Source of the DNA: an uncultured Desulfurococcales archaeon
GTDB taxonomy: Archaea > Thermoproteota > Thermoprotei_A > CAZTBM01 > SZUA-1508
Assembly: GCA_964611985.1 (NCBI GenBank)
Contig: CAZTBM010000006.1
Span: 470 to 64,469, forward strand
DNA length: 64,000 bases
Direction: 5' to 3'
Made by a program: the position numbers and the translations under genes. Every line of letters starts with the position of its first letter. Within the stretch, counting starts at the first letter, position 1. This document shows, in pieces, positions 57,957 to 64,000 of the stretch. The notes beneath the pieces are model-generated. The model was given only the letters and a program-made list of their open reading frames with translations, was not told the DNA's origin and did no database searches.

Positions 57957-57975
57957 TTATTTCTGGTGGTTACTC

Positions 57976-59313
57976 ATGGAGGGTCAATCAAGATTTATTA
58001 TAGCTGTAGTAATAGCCCTTATAATAGGCATTGTTATAGGTTATGGGGTTGGGTTTGCAACCATTGGTCCAAGTGTAACTACAAAGACTGTTATTCAGAC
58101 AACTACCGTAACAAAGTATGTAACTCAAACTTCTCCAGCTACAGTGGTTACAACACTCACTGTACCTACAACAGTGGTTCGTGCACCAATGACACTAGTA
58201 GTTATTGGACCCTGGGCAGGAGCGGAAATGGAGGCATTTATGGAGGTCTTAAAGGCATTTGAACGTGAACATCCTAACATAAAGCTTGAGTATAGAATTT
58301 ACAGAGCTGAAGACTTAGCTTCAGTAGCACCACCACAATTCGCTGCCAAAATGGCACCCGGAGATGTCATCTTCACTGCATGGGGCTGGTGGGTTAAGAA
58401 AATGGGCGAGCGAGGTCATCTTTACGACTTAAGTAAGCTTGTTAACACTGGTGAGTTTATTAAAGGTATATTCGACCCAGTTAAGTCTGGTGACAAAATC
58501 TACGGACTTCCATTCACAGCATGGGCTAAACCAGGCTTCTGGTATAGAAAATCACTATTCCAGAAGTATGGTTTAGAGCCACCAATGACTTGGGATGACT
58601 TCTTAAAACTCTTAGATAAACTCAAAGGTGAACTTGGCGGACCACCTATCGTTACAGGAGATGGTGTTGGATGGCCTATAAGTGATGTTACCGAGCATTT
58701 CCTCATAACCTTCGGCGGCCCAGAGTTACAACTTAAACTTATCAAGGGCGAAGTGAAGTTCGCCGATCCTCAAGTAAGAGAGATATTTGAGAAATATATA
58801 GTGCCTCTTCTAAAGAAGAGCTACTTTAGTGAGCCTATTGAGTGGACTAGGGCCCTTGAATTATGGTGGCAAGGTAAGTATGCATTATACTTCATGGGTA
58901 CATGGCTTACCGGTATGGTTAAGAATCCTGAGGATCTAGGATTCTTCCCACTGCCGGGATGTAAAGGTGTAGTGATGGGAACAGATTACATCATCGTCCC
59001 GAAGTATACAAAGCATCCTAAGGAGGCTCTCTTACTAGCTAAATGGCTTGCTACAGAAGGACAAAGAGTACATGCGGGAACAAAGGCAGGTAAGTTTGCT
59101 ACATGGCTTAAGGTAGGCATTGAGGATCATTGGAAGCCTATGCAAGAGGTATTCAAGAAACTTAAAGATAAAATGCCACTGCCTGATTTAGACGACTCAG
59201 TTGGAGGAGATTGGCAAAAACTATTCTGGGATCAACTAAAATTATTATGGGTGGATCCAGGTAAATTAGACCAGGTACTAAACACTCTTACAACAAACTT
59301 CCCGAAGAAGTAG
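57976..59313 (+). CDS. ABC sugar-binding protein (MalE/TMBP-like) with TM anchor and Thr/Val-rich linker
   Basis: The track ORF starts at GTG 57952. ATG 57976 (MEGQSRFIIAVVIALIIG) is preferred. It has a T/V-rich linker and then a family-1 solute-binding fold. Confidence 0.85.
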   Translation: MEGQSRFIIAVVIALIIGIVIGYGVGFATIGPSVTTKTVIQTTTVTKYVTQTSPATVVTTLTVPTTVVRAPMTLVVIGPWAGAEMEAFMEVLKAFEREHPNIKLEYRIYRAEDLASVAPPQFAAKMAPGDVIFTAWGWWVKKMGERGHLYDLSKLVNTGEFIKGIFDPVKSGDKIYGLPFTAWAKPGFWYRKSLFQKYGLEPPMTWDDFLKLLDKLKGELGGPPIVTGDGVGWPISDVTEHFLITFGGPELQLKLIKGEVKFADPQVREIFEKYIVPLLKKSYFSEPIEWTRALELWWQGKYALYFMGTWLTGMVKNPEDLGFFPLPGCKGVVMGTDYIIVPKYTKHPKEALLLAKWLATEGQRVHAGTKAGKFATWLKVGIEDHWKPMQEVFKKLKDKMPLPDLDDSVGGDWQKLFWDQLKLLWVDPGKLDQVLNTLTTNFPKK

Positions 59314-59331
59314 CTTAGAATGGTCTAAACC

Positions 59332-60252
59332 ATGAAGATGGGCGAACCCCTTTTAAACAAAATTTCTTTTTTAATACCCGGTTTCATACTTATTGTAATT
59401 TTTGTTGTGTATCCTATTGTTGCTACTATAATTTTAAGCTTTAACATAAATCCTGTCCCAGGCATAGATGTAACTGGTGGTAAAGCTCCCGGCTTGGAAA
59501 ATTATTATAAAGTACTTTCAAGCCCTAAATTCATAAATCCATATGGGTTAAAGACTCTATCTTTTCCTATGGGTGCGATAATACATAATATCATATGGAT
59601 TGCTATACACCTACCACTAACCATAATCCTTGGGCTATTAATTGCGGTACTATTACAGAATGTAAAAGGTGGATCTATTATTAGGTCATTCATTTTTCTC
59701 GGAATGGTCATTCCGATGATAGTGGGTGGGCTCCTAATACAGTTCTCCTTTGATAAGGATCTTGGCGTCGTCAACCTCTTTCTAAAAATAATCGGTCTAG
59801 GATGGCTAGCTAAAAGCTGGACAATATACCCTGATACAGCACTATTATCTCTAATACTCGGCTCTGTATGGTTATGGACAGGCTTTAGTGTTACAATGTA
59901 TTCAGCTGGTTTAGCATCAATACCTAAAGAGATTATTGAAGCAGCAATAGTTGATGGAGCTGACTTCAAGACCATATTATTCAAAATAATTGTGCCATTA
60001 CTTAAACCTGTTACTCTAACCGTAATGGCTATGACTATACTATGGGATTTGAAGATCTTTGATATAGTCTATGTATCAACACAAGGAGGGCCTGGCGGTG
60101 CATCAATGGTGTTAGCTTTGCTTATGTACGATTACTTTGCCAGAGTGCAACACTATCCTATGGCTGCGACTGTTGCTGCTATTCTTACAGTAATTACTTT
60201 ACCTGTTGTTATTTTCTGGATTAAGATGGTTACTAAGGGTGAGAGTAAGTGA
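59332..60252 (+). CDS. ABC sugar permease (MalF-like)
   Basis: 306 aa with 6 TM helices. EAA loop EAAIVDGADFKTILFKIIVPLL. Confidence 0.85.
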   Translation: MKMGEPLLNKISFLIPGFILIVIFVVYPIVATIILSFNINPVPGIDVTGGKAPGLENYYKVLSSPKFINPYGLKTLSFPMGAIIHNIIWIAIHLPLTIILGLLIAVLLQNVKGGSIIRSFIFLGMVIPMIVGGLLIQFSFDKDLGVVNLFLKIIGLGWLAKSWTIYPDTALLSLILGSVWLWTGFSVTMYSAGLASIPKEIIEAAIVDGADFKTILFKIIVPLLKPVTLTVMAMTILWDLKIFDIVYVSTQGGPGGASMVLALLMYDYFARVQHYPMAATVAAILTVITLPVVIFWIKMVTKGESK

Positions 60253-61118
60253 GTGATGAATCTAAGAGCTTTTATAGAGGAATACTTGGGTCCCCTGTAA
60301 AATGGCTTATAGCCAATATTATAGCATGGATTTTAGGTGTAGTATGGGTTTTACCCTTTATAGGTATTTTCATGACCTCAATAAGGCCTTTTAGTGAAGT
60401 TGTTAATGGATGGTGGAATCTGGTTCCCTTTAATCCGACTCTCAAAAACTATATTGATGCTTTATTTAATCCTATGTTCTCTTTACTACGTGGATTTATG
60501 AACTCCTTCATAATAGCTATTCCAAGCACGCTCATACCTGTCATGCTGGCTGCTCTTGCTGCTTACGCTTTTGCCCGTTTTAGTTTCCCAATAAAGAACT
60601 ACCTTTTCATTACAATTCTATTCTTGATGGCTGCTCCACAGCAAATGACCATTATACCTATATTCTTTATGCTTAACAATATGCATTTACTTAATACTTA
60701 CCTTGGTCTAATACTTATACACTCATCATGGGGAATTCCGTGGATAACATTCTTTCTTAGAAACTACTTCTCAATGTTACCAGTAGAATTAGAGGAGGCA
60801 GCACGTGTTGATGGGGCAACTAATAGACAAATATTCTTTAAAATAGTTCTTCCACTATCGCTACCTGGAATAATATCTGCTGCTGTATTACAATTCGCAT
60901 GGGTTTGGAACGACTTCTTCTTTGCTTTAATGCTCATTTTTGACCCAGACAAGATGGTTATAACACAAATGCTCCCAAGACTTAAAGGACAATATCAAGT
61001 TGATTGGGGTCTTTTATCGGCGGGTTCAGTTCTAGCTATGATAGTTCCTTTAATTGTATATGCCGCATTCAATAAGTACTATATGGGCGGCTTTAGAGGA
61101 TGGGCCATGAAAAAGTAA
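60249..61118 (+). CDS. ABC sugar permease (MalG-like)
   Basis: 289 aa. EAA loop EEAARVDGATNRQIFFKIVLPLS. 4-nt overlap with the upstream permease. Confidence 0.85.
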   Translation: MSDESKSFYRGILGSPVKWLIANIIAWILGVVWVLPFIGIFMTSIRPFSEVVNGWWNLVPFNPTLKNYIDALFNPMFSLLRGFMNSFIIAIPSTLIPVMLAALAAYAFARFSFPIKNYLFITILFLMAAPQQMTIIPIFFMLNNMHLLNTYLGLILIHSSWGIPWITFFLRNYFSMLPVELEEAARVDGATNRQIFFKIVLPLSLPGIISAAVLQFAWVWNDFFFALMLIFDPDKMVITQMLPRLKGQYQVDWGLLSAGSVLAMIVPLIVYAAFNKYYMGGFRGWAMKK

Positions 61119-61223
61119 CCGTCTAGGTGGCTACTCAACCATCATAATGGTAAGGTGATTATAATTGTCGACTACCAATTTATAAACTCTCAATTTGTAT
61201 TTTGTATTATGGTTTGAGAGGTT

Positions 61224-61382
61224 ATGAGGAAAATTGTAATAGGCCTTGGTAACATCTTAAGAGGAGATGATGGATTAGGTCCTTTTGTTTTTGAGGTTTT
61301 AAAAAGATTAGGTTTACCCTCAAAGAATGACTTTGATGTTAAGATTGCGGATTGTGACTATTCTTTCACCAATCTTCAGTAG
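61224..61382 (+). pseudogene. Hydrogenase maturation protease (HycI/HybD/FrhD family), N-terminal fragment
   Basis: MRKIVIGLGNILRGDDGLGPFVFEVLKRL carries the GxGNxxxxDDGxG signature. The ORF stops after 52 codons, whereas family members have about 150 aa. Confidence 0.6.
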
Positions 61383-63064
61383 ATCACCCTCACCTAACCC
61401 TAAAACTGCATTTACAAACTTACTTGCTAGCTCTATATTGCCTAGATACCCTTTCCTACGGGGTGAACATAATATTGGATATATCCAGTCACATAAGGGT
61501 AAAGAGTTCTTTATTGCTGAACTGATCTGAATTATTATTGCAGCTTTAACTTCATGCTCATCATACTTAGGTGGTCCTCTCGGATGTACTGCTTTCTCGG
61601 AGCCCCATGCTATTTTTAGCTATCTTTTGTTGATCTTCAAGGCTTAGTCCACTCCATTCGACAACAGCTATGTATTCGTGGCTATAGCTCCATGGATCCC
61701 TATGTCCAGTGGCCCATAGGATGCCTGAAACTATAAAGTCTCTTGCATCGTAATGTGAACAATATCCATGAGCTCCAGGACCGTAACCCATTGAGCCAGC
61801 TATGAAACCTGTCTTCATAGCTAATGCTTCATTAATATTCTCCATCGACAAGTATTCCTTTAATTTACTTATCCTCTCAGCAAATCTCCATGTGCCTTCA
61901 GCTAGTAGGTCTCCTATACCATCTCTATAAGCTATTTTCTTTATCAATGTCTTTATGAATTCTCTTTCTGGGAATTTTGAAAATGGTACCTGTTTCAGCT
62001 TCCCCTAAGACCTTCATGTCATATAGCACTAAAATGAATGGTATAAGCTGGAGTAGTTCATATGTGTTAATTCTATACATGTCTGCTAATTGTTTAGCTA
62101 GGAAACCTGCCTCGTCAGACTCTCCTTTCACTCCTACTTGTAGCCAGCAGTAGAAGAACTGAACATAAGCTATTTCTCCTGCTCCTATTTCTGGAACTTC
62201 CATAAAGACATGGTAGCCTATAGGGCAGCTATAACAACCTGTCTTACGGACTTTGTACTTTTCTACTAATGGTATTAGCATACGGGCTATCGGGACACCT
62301 ACCTTTGACATACCCTCGTATAAGGGTGAGGTCTCAGTAGTAACACCAAGTAATGTTGCCATATTCTTAATGTCTTCCATTAGTTGTAATAATCTCTCTG
62401 GATCATGCACCTTTATTATTCTTTTTGTACCTCTTACAGCTATAGCCTTAAGCTTTTTAGATCACGTGACTGCACCGAATCCGCCTTGGCCTGCAGCGTG
62501 GCCTGATCTGTGAATTATTGAAGCATATCTTACCAGTTTTTCACCGGCTACACCTATTGTAAGTATTTGAGTTTGATCATCATTTACTTCCTTCACTATT
62601 CTCTCTAACCTCGAATGTGCCTAACCCTAGAGATGACTAGCATCTCTTATTTCAACCTCCTCATCCTTAATCCATAAATATACGGGTTTCTTGGCTTTAC
62701 ATCTGATTACCAAAATATCATAACCAGCTAGTCTTAATTCTGCTCCCCATTCGCCACCGAAAGAGCTAACAGTATAACGTTCTGGATGGGATTGGGGGCT
62801 ATTGCCTACTACAATAGCTCTTCCAGTCCCTGGTGCCCCTGAAGCTGTAAGGGGCCCTGTAGCGAAAATTAAAACATTTTCTTCATCAAATACTTTAATG
62901 TCAGGTGGTACTTTATCCCAATAAATTCTTGCAACAACACCTACTCCTCCTAAGAAGTCTCTAATGATGTCACTGTCTAAATGATACCTATCTATTTTCT
63001 CGGTGGACAAGTCAACTTCTAAAACATAACCATAATCCTGGGTCACGTAGAGCGCCTTTTCCAC
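61320..63064 (-). pseudogene. Tungsten aldehyde:ferredoxin oxidoreductase (AOR) family gene, heavily decayed
   Basis: It is colinear with AOR as far as IGERIVTIRNLN. It has in-frame TAGs at 62627-62629 and 62621-62623 (the IRDASHL*G* region, compare DASHIWGK). It has an in-frame TGA at 62462-62464 (GAVT*SKKLKAIAV, compare GAVMGSK). Frameshifts lie near 61950-61975 and 61570-61600. The Fe-S motif CYSCPIGY has lost its third Cys. The C-terminal approximately 70 aa are missing. Confidence 0.85.
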
Positions 63065-63201
63065 TAATTTCTAAAAATACTAATATTAAATGTTATAGGA
63101 TGTCACTAATGGTAGAATATCACATAGTTATTAATGACTACTTGATGCTGAAGCATTAGAAAGGGGAAATAAATAATTATAGGTCATGTAAAGTATAATA
63201 A

Positions 63202-64000
63202 TTACATCTTTGAAGGGGCAGCTATACCTAGGGCGTTTAATGCGTTCTTTAGTACTATTCTTGTTGTCTCCACTAGTGCTAGCTTAAAGTTTCTTTTACC
63301 TTCATCAGGCTCGCCTATTACCGGGTCTTCAGCATAGAATGAGTTAAACTCTTCTGCCACTCTTCCTAAATACTCTACTATGTATTCGGGTCTTAGCTCA
63401 TCTGATGCTTTACTGAAAACATCGGGCATTTGTGATAGAAGCTTGACTAGTCTCTTCCTCCTTTGGGTTTCTTCAGCTGCTGAATAGTCTATCTTACTGT
63501 AGTCCACGGGTTTACCATACTTTAATAGTATATTTACTGCTCTAGCATGAGCATATTGTATGTAGGGTCCACTGTTAACCTCTAAACTTAATACTTTATT
63601 CCAATCAAATGTCATAGGTTTTGTTGCCGAAACAGATATCATAGCATACCTTAATGCTCCTAATCCTACCATTTCAGCTATTTTATTCTTCTCCTCTTCA
63701 GGTAACGATGGATTTCTTTTTTCTACTTCAGCTTTAGCTCTAGAAATGGCTTCCTCTATTACCTCATCTAATGTTACATATCTTCCCTTTCTGCCGGACA
63801 TTCTAAATCCTGGAAGTTTTACGATCTCGTAAACGTAATGTATCTGATTATATGCTTGGTTTCTGTAGCCTAATGCAGCTAATGCTAACCGTACTTGTAG
63901 TTGTGTTAGTCTTTGTTCATTCATTATTACATTGATTACCTTATCTGCATTTTCAAATTTCACTAATGAATATGCTACGTCTCTTGTAGTATATAGTGTT
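63202..64000 (-). CDS. argS: Arginyl-tRNA synthetase, C-terminal part (gene continues beyond the window)
   Basis: The frame is open to the window edge (..TLYTTRDVAYSL..). It has a DALR anticodon-binding domain and a terminal Met (..APSKM), which is typical of ArgRS. Confidence 0.9.
   Translation of the reverse strand, partial: TLYTTRDVAYSLVKFENADKVINVIMNEQRLTQLQVRLALAALGYRNQAYNQIHYVYEIVKLPGFRMSGRKGRYVTLDEVIEEAISRAKAEVEKRNPSLPEEEKNKIAEMVGLGALRYAMISVSATKPMTFDWNKVLSLEVNSGPYIQYAHARAVNILLKYGKPVDYSKIDYSAAEETQRRKRLVKLLSQMPDVFSKASDELRPEYIVEYLGRVAEEFNSFYAEDPVIGEPDEGKRNFKLALVETTRIVLKNALNALGIAAPSKM

Noticed and set aside
57927-58262. A 111-aa ORF overlapping the 5' end of the sugar-binding protein gene in another frame.
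   Set aside because: It has Cys/Ser/Asn/Tyr-rich composition generated by the Thr/Val-rich linker codons in the real frame.
55137-61223. The TreT island as a tRNA-targeted integrative element.
   Set aside because: I could find no integrase gene or fragment, and no duplicated tRNA 3'-half (att) sequence at the far border. Only the weaker claim of lateral acquisition plus deletion is kept.
61327-61530. A 67-aa plus-strand ORF downstream of the protease fragment.
   Set aside because: The minus strand here encodes recognisable AOR C-terminal sequence (AWGSEKAVHPRGPPKYDEH...ELASKFVNAVLGLGEGDLLKIGERI). The plus ORF is a shadow.
62462-62629. In-frame TAG, TAG and TGA codons in the AOR gene (and the TAG at 53470-53472) as possible pyrrolysine or selenocysteine recoding.
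   Set aside because: The stops replace ordinary conserved Trp, Lys and Gly positions. The same gene also has frameshifts, a lost Fe-S cysteine and a truncation. Neither a Pyl nor a Sec system is expected in this lineage or visible in the window. Pseudogenisation is the simpler explanation.

Overview
This is a gene-dense, AT-rich archaeal chromosomal segment. The gene set includes archaeal-type SAM synthetase, ATP-dependent DNA ligase, NucS/EndoMS, an Sm-like protein, eL33, a GPN-loop GTPase, NFACT, an intron-containing tRNA-Arg and a C/D-box sRNA. GTG/TTG starts are frequent and TATA-like boxes sit about 25-40 nt upstream of starts. Together these point to a hyperthermophilic crenarchaeon (Thermoprotei, Desulfurococcales-like), but the lineage is a guess from memory and not a search result. 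From 0 to 29 kb the window holds housekeeping and metabolic genes plus four tandem CBS-domain genes inside a long co-directional array. From 30.5 to 39.9 kb there is a nucleoside uptake/catabolism island: two nucleoside phosphorylases, a deaminase, a BMP-type ABC importer and an unassigned FucI-like protein. From 40 to 49.4 kb there is a six-gene MoxR AAA+/DUF58 membrane operon flanked by a wHTH-DUF4097-like fusion and a divergent membrane-protein/Tfx-like HTH pair. From 51.4 to 52.5 kb there is a small membrane-protein operon ending in an XRE regulator. From 55.1 to 61.1 kb, next to tRNA-Arg, there is a TreT-TrmB-MalEFG-like island that lacks an ATPase gene. The window has many decayed genes: a GPN-loop GTPase with three frameshifts, a PAPS-reductase-like gene, an aldehyde:ferredoxin oxidoreductase with three nonsense codons plus frameshifts and a truncation, and a hydrogenase maturation protease fragment. 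I recognised no CRISPR array, rRNA, transposase or integrase. The best candidate for a poorly described system is the MoxR/DUF58/DUF4350-like/DUF4129-like operon with two unassignable membrane proteins and its flanking regulators. All family assignments are motif recognition by eye and need HMM confirmation.
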